NCBI GenBank assembly: GCA_040954595.2
Contig: CM082585.2
Coordinates: 11,513,451-11,577,450, forward strand
Reading direction: 5' to 3'
Length of the DNA stretch: 64,000 nt
Source: Balanoglossus misakiensis
Lineage: Eukaryota; Animalia; Hemichordata
The position numbers were made by a program, and so were the translations under genes. Below the pieces are notes generated by a model that did not search any database, had not been told where the DNA came from, and saw only the letters and a list, made by a program, of their open reading frames with translations. This document shows, one piece after another, positions 14,307 through 29,045 of this stretch; positions within the stretch are counted from its first letter, which is position 1; each line of letters starts with the position of its first letter.

Positions 14307-17300
14307 GGATACACAGAATGAAAATACTGAAAATATTAGTGAAAAGTACTGTCCCTTCAAAGACGTACTCTGTAAACTCGGTGAGTTAACCATGGTTTAT
14401 AGAGATGTTACTCAGGTTATGATTAGTTAATGGTTCTGTGAATGGTCATTTGTAGGTGAAGCCAGTGGATAGTGACTAGGGTTTTAGATATTATTAGGCA
14501 GTGGTTATTGGTAGTTAAGGTGTTGTATTTTCTATAAATTTGATAGCTGCTTGTGTTTGATTAGCTGGTGACGAATAAAACAGTTTGTCATTGGCCGACA
14601 AGTTTCTCTCAGAAACGTTTCCACCAATCATATCCTATGTTCTTTCTCCGAGCAACCAGAGGTAATGTCTGCTGGAAATTACGGCCGACAAGTAAATTTG
14701 ACAGACTCTGCCTGCAGCGAATCTAGTCTCTGAATGAACAATCATAGTCAATGACTCTGCCCTGCCTTGTGGTCGCAGAAAATTATTGAACACTGCTTCT
14801 GCAATAATGAGGAATGAGGAGAGATATCTATGGCCTTGGGTCCACGCATGATTAAGCATTATTTGATAACATTATGGAAATATCAACTGAATGCTTTCAG
14901 GGGAAGTTGGTGGTTGAATTAGCTTTGTCGTTATGCCTATTTTGCTCCATTGAGAATTATTTTTTTTTGCCAAGGTGTACAAGTTGGAAGTCTCCTGATT
15001 CGGAGGTTTCCAGCCAGAAATGTCAGAAATCTATAATGCATGGACTGAATTAAAGTTGGTCGGATTTGATTAGTAATTTGGGTATTCAGTGCAGATGAGC
15101 TGTTTGTTGTGTGTAATTTCAATTTGCAGAAAGGAACAAAATGCTCCAGAGTGACTTCATTTAGAGCAGATACAAAAACTGAATTATGTTGTCAAAAAGT
15201 ACATTTATGGTTTTGTCACTGATATGATCTGTTTCCCTTCATTCTGGTCATTATGAAGAGTCTCTGTGGTTTTATACGAAAAGGAACAAATTAGATATCT
15301 TGTAATGATATTTATTTATTTATTGTAGGCGATCAACAAAAATTTGTGTTTTCACTGATTTAGCAAATGCTCCTAGCAACTGTTGCCTGGCGATGTGAAT
15401 CCTTCAGAATCACGGACTATTTTAATCCGAGCTAGCACACCGAGAACAGGCTGCTTCAGCACGTTTCAGTGGATAACTGCGTTTATCAAAGAAAATGACC
15501 CAAAACAATGTCAAAAGACAGCGACTTTGTCCCTTTAAGTACCAGAAGTACCAGACTATGGAGTACTGATTATCATAATTGATTTGTGTTCCATGACCCC
15601 GGTTGACCTGATCCGACCTAACCTGACCTGACCTTTCCGATCAAGCTATAAATCACACCACAGTATCTGTAACTGCGTTTGTTCCAGATTTTCCCCACGT
15701 TTTGTTCCATTTCCAAATAAAACCAACATTGAAATACCCTTTAATCAGCTTGTCAACGCAGCCTGTATGCATGTGACTTGCATTTTTATGGTGGAAAATC
15801 GGATATCACCGTCCAGATGTGAAGTCATTTATCAACTCTGTGTCGTCCGTGGTGACAATTCTATTACAGGGTACATGTACTGCGATGTGTTATGTAGTCT
15901 ACCAAAATACTGTAATTGAAAGACAGAAGAAAAAATCTAAAAACATTATTAAAAGTTACAGTTGATGTTTCTGTGTCAGATATTAATTGCCGTAGTTGAT
16001 ATGATTTTTACTTTGTAGAAAATTTACAATATTTTACAAATCGTGTCGTGGATTTGAGGGGATGATGTTTGGTCCAATCAAACTGTAGGCACCTTTAGCA
16101 GGACTTACAATACAGCCATGTATCAGGCATTCAAGTATGCTTTGTGTAATAAAACATGCTGTCATCATCATCATCATCAGCATCATCGTAAAGCACAACA
16201 AAGTTACTCAAACATGTCTGTAGCATGTTGTGGGAAATTTATTATACACTCCTCCGAAAAAAATCAGCAATGGTTTGAGATAAATTGAAAAATAAATTAT
16301 ATTATTAGCAGTACACACAGACTTTGCAAGTGATGTTTAGACACTAATACAGGCTAATGCAGATTAATTTCATTTGGGTTTCGTCCGTTAACTGTTTATC
16401 TTCGATGGCAATAAAGCCATCTGTACTCTTGCTATTGTTCATTGATATGCTGCTCTGATAAATGTTGTGTATGGCTGTGTGTGGAGCTCGTCTTTCATGA
16501 TTTTCAAAATTCCAGTTGCCATTTTTATTGAGCAGACTCTGTCCTGCGTCAGGCTTGACACGTTTATTGTGCGATTATATTTTGCTGAAATGAAGACTGA
16601 TAGCTGGTCCAGTTTGACCAAACATCTTGATTTTTTTGGCAACTTTGAGGGACCAGTGAAATTTTCTCTCCAGTGGCCCTTGTATCTCTTCATGAAGAAA
16701 ATTCTGACAAATATTCTTTCATAAAGAAGAGTCTGTGTGCAGTTTTAGAACTTGTTGAACAGCTGATCGACAATCATAAAATTGCGCGATTTGACATATG
16801 GTACAAGCTGTGACGAATTAACGGACAGCTATTAATTTGGATGTGACATTGATCTCTGGGATTTTAACACTTTCAGTGAGTTATGACCATTAAAAGTGGA
16901 CCAGTAAAATGGAGAGGAAAAGAATGGTTCTTTCAATGGTTCTTCGAGGAAAGTTTATATTTTCATTATAAATATGTATGTGTGTGACAACCTGTTGTGT
17001 TTATGTGACCTTTGTAGAAACATAATAATTTGGTAGAAGCAAAGTTGAAATGTTATAAATTTTGATGCTGACAATATTATGGGGAGGGGCAAATCCATCC
17101 AATTTAGGACATTATCAAACTTTAGAAGTAAGTTTGTAGCACAGATAATGTTTTGTGTTTTTTCAATAGTGCCATTTTTACGGGGATATTATTGTGATCT
17201 TTATAAATCCTTTAATACGTATAATACATTATTCTTGCCCATTACACAGACTGAATAATTCATCTGCTTCCATCATGATTTCAACGAGAAACCGTTTGAG

Positions 17301-18175
17301 GTGGAATTGACTAGTAACTGAGCTCCATTCTTGAACAATTTATAACAATAAAATCATAAAATTGTTAGTAAATGGAGATTTTTTAAAACAGTACAAATCA
17401 TTGGTTAAAATATAAGAAAATTGAATTTTGATTATTGTCTTGTAAATTTAAAGAATGAATACAGTTATATCAGTTTTTTAGCAATGCGACTGCACAAAAA
17501 CTTTAAAAAGTGACTTAGTACAGTAATTAACTTATAGCATTTTGTCTAAACTAAACTTTTTACTATTGTCACAAATACTGAAAAATAATGCTGTGACTTG
17601 TTTTAAAGTTTCTTTATTGAAACAAGCCATGCAAGACTTTGATGTAAATCATTCATCGACAATTTGATAAAAAAAATTTCCTTGGGTGGGGGAACTTGAA
17701 AACATGTGTGTACCAAATGCATTTTGAATCCAAGGCAGTATTGACAAGCAAAATTATCCCTCTGTGATTAGGATCATATTTATTTATTCATGGTGGGATT
17801 TTGTTAAGTATTTTAGCCTGCGGCTAAAGAGCAAAATGCGAAGACTTAACTACCAGCCAAGAGGTATGCTGGCTTTAAGACTAATTATACCACATGACAT
17901 GAATAGCTACCAAACAGAGTGGGTGTTCAGGTTCTTAAGACTTACACCAGTCACAGAGAACAGAAAGATCTGACAAGTTTGTACATCTAGATACAGTTTC
18001 CTATCTGCAGGGGAGTGATAATTCCTTTGTAATGTTTGCTTATTCTGTCTAAGTTTGGAACTTATACGGATTGGAAGACACTTCTGGTTTACGGTTATAA
18101 AAATATGAAAAGGGACTTGCCTTGGTAGGAATCATCACAACTGTTAATGCTTTTTGTGTATTTGGATATCCGTCT

Positions 18176-18268
18176 CTCTGTCTGTCTGTCTGTCTGTCTG
18201 ACTGTCTCTCTGTCTGTATGTATGTATGTATGTATGTATGTATGTATGTATGTATGTATGTATGTATT
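18176..18268 (+). repeat. (TCTG)n-(TATG)n compound microsatellite
   Basis: Directly visible tandem tetranucleotides. Confidence 0.95.
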
Positions 18269-18871
18269 TGTGTAATGTATGTACATGTATATATGATGTA
18301 TTTATATACGTCTAAGTATGTTTGTGTGTCAGTGTTATGTTTGAATGCACAAGTGTTTCTAACAAAAATTTAAAACTTCCTCTTCATAAAAGAACCTGTA
18401 CAAACTCTTCAAAAGACAGAGAGAAATAGTGATTGTCCTCCATTGGTTCTGAATCCCAGAAGAAAGTAGTACTTTTTTTATTATTTTTTTATCATTCACA
18501 AGAACGCAGATTATTAACTGAGCTGGGGCAAAGGATTTCTCAAACTCATTAAATACGAACTAAAGTTAATGTGTTTTTCCCATATCCTTTTACTTTCCTT
18601 TCTGAAATTTTGATGAAACTATACCTAGCCATGGGGCGGAAAAAAAGAGAAGATTTTGTGGAGAAAAACTCTGGTTATTCAGTGATGGAAAAGTGTGGAC
18701 TGTTCATATTGAGGATTAATTGTGAAGCTGAACAAGTCATGAAAGGGAAACATTGGTAGTCTTGTGGGCAAATTATTCAGTTAATGTGGTTCTTTGTAGG
18801 TTCTGCGCAATAGGCAGGATTAGCAAGTACAGTTTGGGGTGTATTCAGAACGGACCCAGATTATGTATTAA

Positions 18872-20003
18872 AGTGGAACGTTGTGATCCGTTTTTGAGCC
18901 AATTCTGCGAAATGCGATTAAAAAGTACTATGAAAAACGTTGGTTTCATTCACTTTCACTTACGCATAACAGAGCTACAGCCAGCCAAAAACTGCGCGAA
19001 CCCGGAAGTGAGTGACGTCAGCAACTCGTTGGAGCGAGCTTATGCTTATACACGCCTGCACTCACGCGACCGCCGACGTTAGCATGGCAACATATTCTCG
19101 GGTAGTAGGCTACAATTTTGAACCAGAGATTCCCTTCTACGACCAAGCGACTGAATTTTACAGAGGACAAAAGTTCATGCAGTTCTGATCTCCGATGTGT
19201 CCCGTTTGTCAAGGCTTACACTTGGTGTGGTTTCAGTGAAACCATAGACCCTAGAGTGTATGGTGAAACAGACAATGCTGCAATTAAACAATACCCTCCC
19301 TCGTTGTCTCTCCCTCGTTGTCACCTTTTCGAACCACTTTTCTTACAAAAATACTTAGTCACCTTTTATGGAGTTGAAAAGAACGCAGGTGCATCGTCCT
19401 GCTCTCCAGGTGTAGTACGTCCGTAGTATAATGGAAGCCAATACTATAGTTATTGTATGCATGTTTCGTCTCTTGAAATGTATTAAAACTGCCCTTTTTA
19501 GTTGCTTTCATTTGATAACTATGCGATCGTCAATAAATGGAAATTAAACCCAAATACGTGTACCAAAAAACGTGCAGGAAGGATTTAAAACGGTACGTTT
19601 ATTATTATCAGCGGCAGTTAGAACAACTTTGTATAGGCCTTACGGTTTGTTCATAAACGTCGACATGCATGGCATCATGGACATTGCAGGGTCTATGTCT
19701 GCACGCATCGACAAATACAATACACGAAGAGCATTGCCTTTGAAAGAAACTTATCCCCGTCGATTTTCCGAATATGTTTTTAAAATCATGAACTTGACAT
19801 TTCGCCATGTCAGATCCGCGCAAAATGTGTCTGTTTATTGGAAATGACACGTCGAACGTGTAAGTTGCTGACGTCACTGTAGTATTTTCAACGCGCGTCT
19901 TCTGCTTGCGCAGGAAGTGAAAGTGAATTAACCCATCGGAACGTTGCCGTTTTTGACACCCGGTTTGTACTTTGAAGCCCAAAATTGAGGGTGTCGTTCC
20001 ACT
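18872..20003. mobile_element. Non-autonomous DNA transposon with TTAA target duplication and AG...CT termini (Kolobok-like), 1132 bp
   Basis: TTAA (18868-18871) + AGTGGAACG ... CGTTCCACT + TTAA (20004-20007). Subterminal inverted pairs ATTCACTTTCACTT 18948-18961/19915-19928 and AGTGACGTCAGCAACT 19011-19026/19863-19878. CpG-rich relative to flanks; no transposase ORF. Confidence 0.8.
19243..19262. mobile_element. 20-bp CA...TG micro-insertion with 7-bp TSD, nested in the Kolobok-like element
   Basis: GTGAAAC | CATAGACCCTAGAGTGTATG | GTGAAAC; imperfect palindrome. Confidence 0.6.
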
Positions 20004-23000
20004 TTAAATGTTAATGTGTCCCATTAGCAGAAATAGTCGGTTTGCTGATCGCCGGTTTGCTGCACTGTGTTTACGTGAATCAGTTTCCCCAAAGTGTCGC
20101 AAAATACGTTCCTTGCCTCCAGGGAAGCGGTTTCGGTTAGGGTTGATTGTTCTCACAATCTTTACTCATGTTAGTGATTGCTGTGGCTTTTTTTTTGTCT
20201 GAGAAGAACAAGAGCTTGGCTGTTTCTGGACTTTGTTGAGCAGGGAAACGATTAGTGGGTCTGATTGTCGTTTTACCTACTCTGTAAAGACAATGGCTCT
20301 TTGATGCTCATTGCCTCTTTTTTCTCTCTCTCTGCGTCTCGCATTGGTGGCCACACAAGTACAGCTGGATACATTGAGTATCAGCAAAGAAGGAAGAAGA
20401 TACTTGATGTACAAAAGAAGAACAGATGTTCTGATCTTGTTTGAGACAATCAACTCATCCTGGCATCAGTCAGGCTGAAAAGACGAGCAGTCACAACACA
20501 AAAGTCTCACCGCCTGCACCGATTGTCAGCCGGAATTTCTCTTTGTTCCCCTTTCATTTAAGTGCCCGTATTGAAATCATCAATTTCGCACTGACAAAAA
20601 TAATTCTCGATTGCTTGATTGACAAAGTCTTAAAAAGAGTCAAGTATCCAGAACAGCTTCATCAGACGTTCTCTGTCTTCTCACACTTTACACTTGTTGT
20701 CAATGTCATGAAAAAAAAAAATTATGAACAGATTCAAGAACTGGAAACTAAAATGACTGGCAATGTTTTGTTCATTTATAATTGATGTGAGCAAAAAATT
20801 GGATGATGAGTACTGAAGTGGTTATTAACTTAAAAGGAGTAATTAGCTCATTTTGTGCACATGGGATTCTTTGTACCGGGGTGCGACAAGTTCGAATTTT
20901 AGGTTTTAACCTGTTCTCTCAAATCCGTAAGTTTTAAGAGACAATTGTTACCAAGCAAAGTTCATCCAAATCATCAACCGACCTGTCTCTGTATTGACTT
21001 GAGTTTTGTCCTCACCTGGAAATCCATGGAAATTCATGGAAAATTGATTTTAACCACATGTGGTTTTGTGGAATCTTCTGTATTCGTGATCAGACATAAA
21101 CTGGGAGTATCTTACCATCATTACTCCGGAATCATGGAATATTTCACCTTTTGCTTCAATTGTGCCGTAAAAACTACTGAAATCGTCTCTGGGAGAGTCA
21201 GGCTTTTTGAGGGGATTTTAGTGCATGAATGTGGGATCGAGTGACAATTTTTACACCCTGTACTCAATATATGTGGTAAAATCAAACATTTCCCTGCCTA
21301 ATCTTGTTGTGATTGTTAAAGTGGTTTATCTAATGAACTCCACAACCAAGAATAAATAAACTGTAATGAATGAATCTAAAGAGGTATGTCTACAACGGCT
21401 TTGTGAAACTAGCCTGGAGTCATTTTTCCATAATTGTTAATTAATTACACATATTAGACACATTGTTGGGAGGTTGTGAAGCTGGATGTGGTTTTAATTA
21501 AAATCAATGCAGCGCAGGATGGATTTATTTGACTTCAGTTCAATGAAAACTAGATATCAACTGTCAGATAACAGTTATCATATGCGTGTAATTTTCACCC
21601 TTCCAGTTTGATAATTATTGACATGTCAGTTTTTAGGCAACCTTACAATTGTCAAATTGAATGTCGGAAGACCTATGAAAGTCATGAAATTAGGGCATAT
21701 TTGTGACAGTGTTAATGGCTTAGAGTTTAAATGATGTTTCTTGCTTGCTTTCTCAGGGGCTTGTGTCGGGGGATTCAAAAACTAGGATTTCTGATCTTTT
21801 AATGATTTTCTTGTCATGAGTATAGATTGAACTAATGTTTCACATGCAGCCTCTCTGATGTGTACATGATGTTCATCTATGATAATAATTAGAGTCTGCT
21901 TTGTGTTTCAGGATGAATGTGAGTAAGTTGTGTGTGTGTGGACATTCGTTCCCCATTTTCACAATGCTCTATCTCTGCATGTTTTCCAGGGTACAGAGAA
22001 TACAGTGCAAGTGTAAAGTAAAGGCTTTGAAGACCAGGTGTACTACCCAGAGTATATGCAAATGAGATGTCTACAACTTTATGCCCTGCAGAGACCAATG
22101 CACGAATGCGGCAATCATCACCAGGTGAGAACAGTGTCCTTTGACCCAAGTCATACCTTATAGAATCTTAAATAACTGGCTTACAGATATTACCCGGTAA
22201 TATTTTTTTCAGATTCACCAAGTTCAAACGAAGTTCATGTCATGTGTAACTTTTGAGTGTACCTCAAGAGATCAAATGTATAATGAACCTTTTTTAATAC
22301 TGTAATCCAAGTACTGTTTACAACTGCTCGCACATGCATGTGTGCGAGGTCGCATCATCTCACTGATACATGAAATGAACATCCCACTCACTTTCACAGT
22401 CAAATATTGGCTTCAGATTAAACAAATGTAAACTAGATTGAGAGTCTTTCATAATGCCTTTATTATTCATTTGTTTTGACAGGTGTGTACAACGACAGAA
22501 TGTAGCGCCATCACTTCAAGTGGAAGGCAGTTTTGGAAAAGCAACGTGAGTCTAGGAGCTCATCTGTCTGTTTCTTCTACATTACCGACAGAGATTGACA
22601 AATACCTTTGTCGTCCAAACACAAGAATATAATGTAATACCTCACTCAGACTGTTTCATATTTACACGTTTCCTGTTTCCGAATGTTACCATTATCATTA
22701 TTTCCGACCATTTATTCTCATAATCACCCATGTTGCTTACCTTTTTTAATTTTCTTATCATTCCAACCGTATGGTTTATTATTTTTTTTGTCTGCTTTTT
22801 CTTCCTCTTTTCTCTCTCATTATCCCGTTCATTTATGGGGCTGTGATTATCAGTGCTAACCCCTGTGAATTCACAATTGTGTATCTTGCAGTCTCTATCT
22901 TATCTTCAAAATATGTCAATCAAGAGTGGGCAACAATATTATCTGCTCAGTGCTGGCAAGCAGCTGGCCAATACAATACAAGCTATCTTCTGTCAAGCTT

Positions 23001-26000
23001 CCCTGTCAATAAACGCTTCGGAGCAGGTGAGTAAATCCGGCATGCAGCATGCATTCATTCCCTAACAATATGCCTTTCCTGCCTCTATACATGTCTTTCA
23101 ACTCATCCAAACGCTTCCTATGCTCTTTCATTAAAATAGTCCCCCCTCTCTTCATGGCACTGGTCATCTTCATGGCAGTTTGTGCGATTCTCTCCTTTCA
23201 AAGTGCATTATTAAACGCCATTTTAGCCATTGGCTCTCTTATCTGCTCTCTATGTCTTCAATGGCCACACGTCACCTGCGGCAGATGTTCTGTTAGCGAT
23301 CATGCTCTGCTATTTTACTGTCTTCTATTTTTATTACAATTAGAATAGCGTCGTATAAATCTCTTTTCCCTTTGTGGTACAAAAAATGACGAGAGGCATT
23401 GAAAAAGTTGTTAGCCATTCATTCTGATGAAAGGGAAAACCAATCCAGCATTGTCAAACCTCTTCCAATTATTTGTATGTTCCTATTTTTCAAAATCATG
23501 GATTACCTTTCATGTTTTTCAGTGATTTTTAATCAGTGTCCGTTTCATATGAAATGAATGACATCAAAAGTATTTTGATAGCCCAAGGAATGGAGAAGTG
23601 ATAATTCATTGTGGTCTTTGATAACTTTGAGGCTTTTAAAAATTAAAAATACCCATATTGAGTGGCGAGCTTTTTTTTAAAAAAAAATTACAAAGAGAAT
23701 CTGTAGACAAAGTGGAGACAGCCAGAAAATGTGTGTTTTATGAAGAACATGATGCCAGATTCTTTCAATATTGGCTGTATGGTCAAATCGCGGAATTGTT
23801 GCTATGGAAACCACCCATACACTGTCCTGCACTTAATTTGAAGCCCCCCCCCCCCCCCAACCTTTCACTGTTTACTGACCAGGTGTGTTTATATGTATTT
23901 AAATTATTTTTTTATTGACATCATTAAGAAATAGATTCAGTACTGGGTTACATGCCAGTCAGATCAGTCTCTGGTAACGAAAATTGGACGAGCGCTTTCC
24001 ATATGCAAATTGAGGTGCCCCAGAACACAGCATTGCACTGTATTCAAACACAACAACTTTGCGAGAATATGTTAGAAACACATCCCAAACAGTCAGTGTG
24101 ATTGGAAAAGTTGAATTCCATAACACCGTCCTTTTCATTAACTTCACATCGGGCATGTTTGTTAATGTCTGGGTGTAGAATCAGCCAGCATTGGCACCAT
24201 AATGAAGTAATATTTTATTACAGGGTATTGAGAACGGCCTCTATCAGATATGAGTGCCATGGTAATAAGTATATCATCAGTTTCCAGGCATTCATTGCCA
24301 GAACTCTTCTTCCTTTTCAAAGCGAGAAACAAATCAGTGGGTTTTTTGTGACGCCTGAATGCCAAGCATTATTTAGCCGACACCCAATACCACGTGAAAT
24401 AGCTGGTTGTATCTTGAGATAATCGAAATGAATTGAACGCCGGGGTGTTCTCTGCATTGTATGCACCAAGTAATCATCCCGCCATAGACTCTCACAATGC
24501 ACCTTATCAAAAATTCTTTTCATAAATGAAGCCGGGAAAATGAAATTCCTCTTTCAAATGCGTGAAAGGGATTCACTTGGATGGTTTTCGTAATTTGTAT
24601 GAAGAGTGAAGAATGTTAGATTTTTATGAGTTTTTTTTTCCCCTCGTGCTCCACACAGAAACATATATCCCGGCAATCCCCTTCTTCCTTAGTGTTTTGT
24701 TTGTAGCTTTGATTTTCTCTTTGTTTGTCTTGTTTAGTTTCTGTTTACCTGTGGAGAAGTGCACAGATTCTGTTTTTATGCCATAAATCTGGCGCCCACG
24801 TGGCAAAAAAAATCAGAAAAAGTTCACATTTTATTTGAAATAAGTTCGGCTGATGGCGAAAACATGCTATGGATCTGCACTTTTTCATTGTAGATGGCAG
24901 GTTGCTGCTTCATGAGGTTGGCCGTGTGCGATTCCAGGGGGGGGGGGGGTTTATCCCGTGGGGGAGGGGGTGGCAATAAAGTTCCACGTTAAGAATGCTC
25001 TGTATCAATCGACTTTGAAGGTACGGGTATCTATCTACGTTCGTACATGCAGATGTAAACCGTCTGTGAATTTTGAATTAAACATCGCGTGGCATGTCTT
25101 AAGTTCAGGTGAAGTCAATTTGAAACTGCGCGAGTACGAGACTATTGACAAGATTATCGACTGACCGCTCATGGTATACGTCGCGCCCGCTGCTTTCCTT
25201 AGCGGGGGATAAGGCGCACATTTTGACTATCCCCGTCGATATTTCCGTGTGTTAGAGCACCCCTTACTGTTTCCTAATTTGTGTGGTACAAATAAAAGAC
25301 ATAAACCGCACTTTAGTGGGAAAACGTGTGCGCCCAATTCCAAATCGCACCTGTCGTTCGTATTGCGGTTTCATCGTCATTTCCACAGACCTTGACATCA
25401 GAAAAAAAAAATCGATGAACTGGTGAAATCACGGGCCTATAAAATACACACATTTATTATCGCGAATATTGAATGAATCATGCATGAAAAAATGCGAAAA
25501 TATTACTTTCAACTAAACCACCACTACCCATTGTATAAATATGCATGAAAAATAGTACTTTCAACTAAACCATCGCTGATCAAGTTCAAGAATCAAATTT
25601 ATCTCCCTTTCTCAAACTATGGTATAGATATCTATAGTGTATATTTTCCGTGTTTGTAAGCATAGTTTCGTTTTAACGTCGGAGAAGAAATAGTTGACCA
25701 TGTTAGATTTTTACAACGATGCGTACGTTTGTGAAAAATGCAGTTTATTCGGTGTTTTCTTTAAATTTGCGTGCCCTGCTGTTGATCCGCGTGAGGGCAG
25801 TGTTCACATGACCGATAATTCAGAGTTCCTCGGTTAAACACATCTAAATATATCATATAAGACAAAAAATTACCAAAATAACGGCGAAATACATTGAGTT
25901 CGCCCCATGTAGTAAGCCGGCACGCGGTTAAGTTGTCCCACGGCTTTTATGCATTTACCAATGAAAGACTGCGGCATCAATATTGACCCCCGGGTATTGA

Positions 26001-27344
26001 CATTATTGCGGATTTCTACCGAGCGGGCGGGCGCAGAGAGAAATTTCCACGGCTAGAACTCAGTTCCGAGAACACATCTCTGCCCTGAACTCGTATGAAT
26101 GCGCTTGGCTTCGCACCTATACAGCTAATTTAACAGCCAGAGTTTTTCCGCCATTTACAATAGGTGGGATTCATCGTTCTGACATCAATACAAGTCCGCC
26201 CGTCACGTGGCTATAGATTTCTTTTTCTGCCCACTGACTGTGCCATCAGTGTCACCTCTTTCTCGTCTGTCTTTGACATTCTACAATCAAAACTGACTGA
26301 TATTTAGTTTCCTATTCAAAGAGCGCGTTATTCGCGTTCACGTGCTGTTGTACGGTTCTCCCAATCTGCATTGACGGCATCTATTCATGCTGTTTCTTTG
26401 CCCGCTATTTTCCCCATCCCCGCGTCATCATCCAGAATATGTCTCATCAGTCGCCTATACAGATCCAACACAATGATTCAAATGGCGGATTTCAACACCA
26501 AATGTCACCCCTATTTTTCTCGCTTCAAATGCATATTCATCGTGATTCTAAAGGCACCTCGCGCCATCATTATGAACGACTGACTCTGTCGATGAAAGCT
26601 GAACTCCCACAAAAGGTGGCTTTTCAACCGAGGCTTTCGTTTCTTTCCGAACTTTTGATAAAAATACACGGCAAATATGCTTTTTGTGGGTATTATAAAA
26701 CGTGCCCAACCGATGTTGACATGTGTATTGGGAATATTTCGTTCGATAAAGCTGCAGTGTTAGGCGCTGCACGGCTGCCAGCGCTGAGAATATTGAAATC
26801 AATAAACGAAATTAACACACGGGGTCGTATTTAGATTGAAAAATAAAACTTATTTTTTGTGTAATTATCCTTTCCCAGTAAATAACGCCAAAGCCTGGAG
26901 AAGTTTAAAACATGCCGTTTCATCAGTCCGGTCCGGGGGGGGGGGGGGGTACCGAGCAAACAGTCAAATAATGTGGAGATTAACAGCATTTTCAAGAAGT
27001 ATGGTTTAATTCGTAAATTGTGTGTGAAAGCCACAACCTCAGTGATTCTTTGTCACCTTGTTATCGGTGGCCCGTTCTTCTTGGCGATTTTGACAACCAA
27101 GACGGAAACCGGGAAATGACTGGTTTAAAATGAGTTCCATGTTCGTCGCCTGGAAACCAACAATTTGCTCCATTGACAAACATATGTTCACTTACGTTTC
27201 TAATGGCTTAAGTCATTGCGAATGTACTTCCACCACGCCCCAAATATAGTGTGCACTCCACCACCGTTCTTTTTAATTGAAAATCTTTATTTCTTGCTTC
27301 CATGGAGAAAATCTTTAAAAGGGTGTGCGTGCGGTGCGTGCGCG

Positions 27345-27426
27345 CACATACATATACATACATACATACATACATACATACATACATACATACATACATA
27401 CATACATACATACATACATACATACA

Positions 27427-27462
<36 letters not shown>
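27345..27462 (+). repeat. (CATA)n microsatellite
   Basis: Directly visible tandem tetranucleotides. Confidence 0.95.
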
Positions 27463-29045
27463 CACGTGTTATAAACCTATAAGGCAATTTATATTGTCAA
27501 TTCATCTCTGTTTAACACTGACTAGTTCATAACATGTCTGAACATTTCCAAACGCTGTCGGAAAACGAGCTACAGTGCAAATACATTAATTAATTGTGTG
27601 TTTAATGTGTTGCGCACCACGCAATACCGTATTTCTGCCTTGATACGATGAATGGTGCAATGCTTAGCTTGTGACAAGCCTTCAATGGCAGAATTAAAGC
27701 GTGTACAAAGACTCGCCAATTGAGAAACCCAACCCCGAAAGCGAAATTATCAAAAAAATTGTGTGCGCTTTATTCTGCTTTTATTTAGTCGATTGTCCCT
27801 GTGCAATTTACAACGCGCTGCAATCAATCAATTTTCGATGTACATTTCAGTTTTGAACAATGTCGTTTTTGTGTTCCTTTTTTCCACAATTTTAATGTGT
27901 TTTATTTTTGTATGATTCACGGCCCCGTGGCGTTCCTTTCTACATTGGCAACATATTTCACTCGACTGAATAGATTCCTGGTCGACATGTCTGTACAACT
28001 ATCCGAGACACACACCTTGCGTTGAAACAAGTCTACATGCAATAAACGCCTCCGTCCCGGAATTCTATTTGAATACCTATCAGCATTTTTAAACCAAAAA
28101 TCAAAGTGTCATTTTTGTCCGGATGTCCAGTCACTGTGTCAGTGAAAATCGAGAAGGGTGTTTCTATGGTGATGATGATTAATTTCTGGTCCCGTTTCAT
28201 ATCTGAGCAATGAAATCTCTGTGTGTTCCGTTGCTGATGTAAGGGATGTGCTGATTGGTTTAAATGAATTCTGTGATTTAAAATAAACCAACTGCGTGTG
28301 TGGTTTTGAAAGTGTGAAAGTAGGTTGGTTCATCGGAATAGGCCGTGTCTTGTAAGACTAGACTTTGATCGTAGAAGGATCTACGTAGGTCATAAGTCCT
28401 GGGGTATCTGATAATATTAAATGTATGTATGTATGTATTAATATTAAAAGTAATTATTTTTGCGCGTGAAAGACAGTATCATTGGCAAAAGTTTTGGTCA
28501 AAAAATCGATATATTGAAAATCATTTTGGAAAATTCGAAATGTTGTACATTTACCTTTCTTGCGTCAGTGTATTCACAGTCCGTCTATAACAGAAAAGAT
28601 GATCACATGGGAAAAAATTAGTAGATCGACTTTGGTGATAATTTGGGCGCGGGGGCGGGCGAAGCGAACCAGCTGTATGTTTACATGTGTCCCGTGTCCG
28701 CATCGCTTCTGGCGGTAATGGGCGCGAGACGCGACTCTGCCTTTTATTTATTTTATTAATTAAATCTCAGAAGATGAACCCCTTCGGGCTGGCAAATGTT
28801 GTCTTCCTCTCTGCTCAGGATATTTGATGGCGAGAAAACTTCCTCCAAGCCTTTGTGTCCCGAAATACCATTCCGGGTCCTATTCTCATCGGCTATCTCC
28901 CGGAAGTTCCCGGTTCTTGTCATAAACGCGTGATTAATACACGGCTTTTGTGATCGCCTCTCTTCTACTATGAAACCTGTAATTTTTGTCAAAGGCCAAA
29001 AGAAAACTGAACACGTTTAGGAGATTCAATATTTGACGATCTTAC

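Noticed and set aside
25919-25928. GGCACGCGGT, similar to part of miR-124
   Set aside because: Only 10 nt match; flanks diverge and there is no hairpin.
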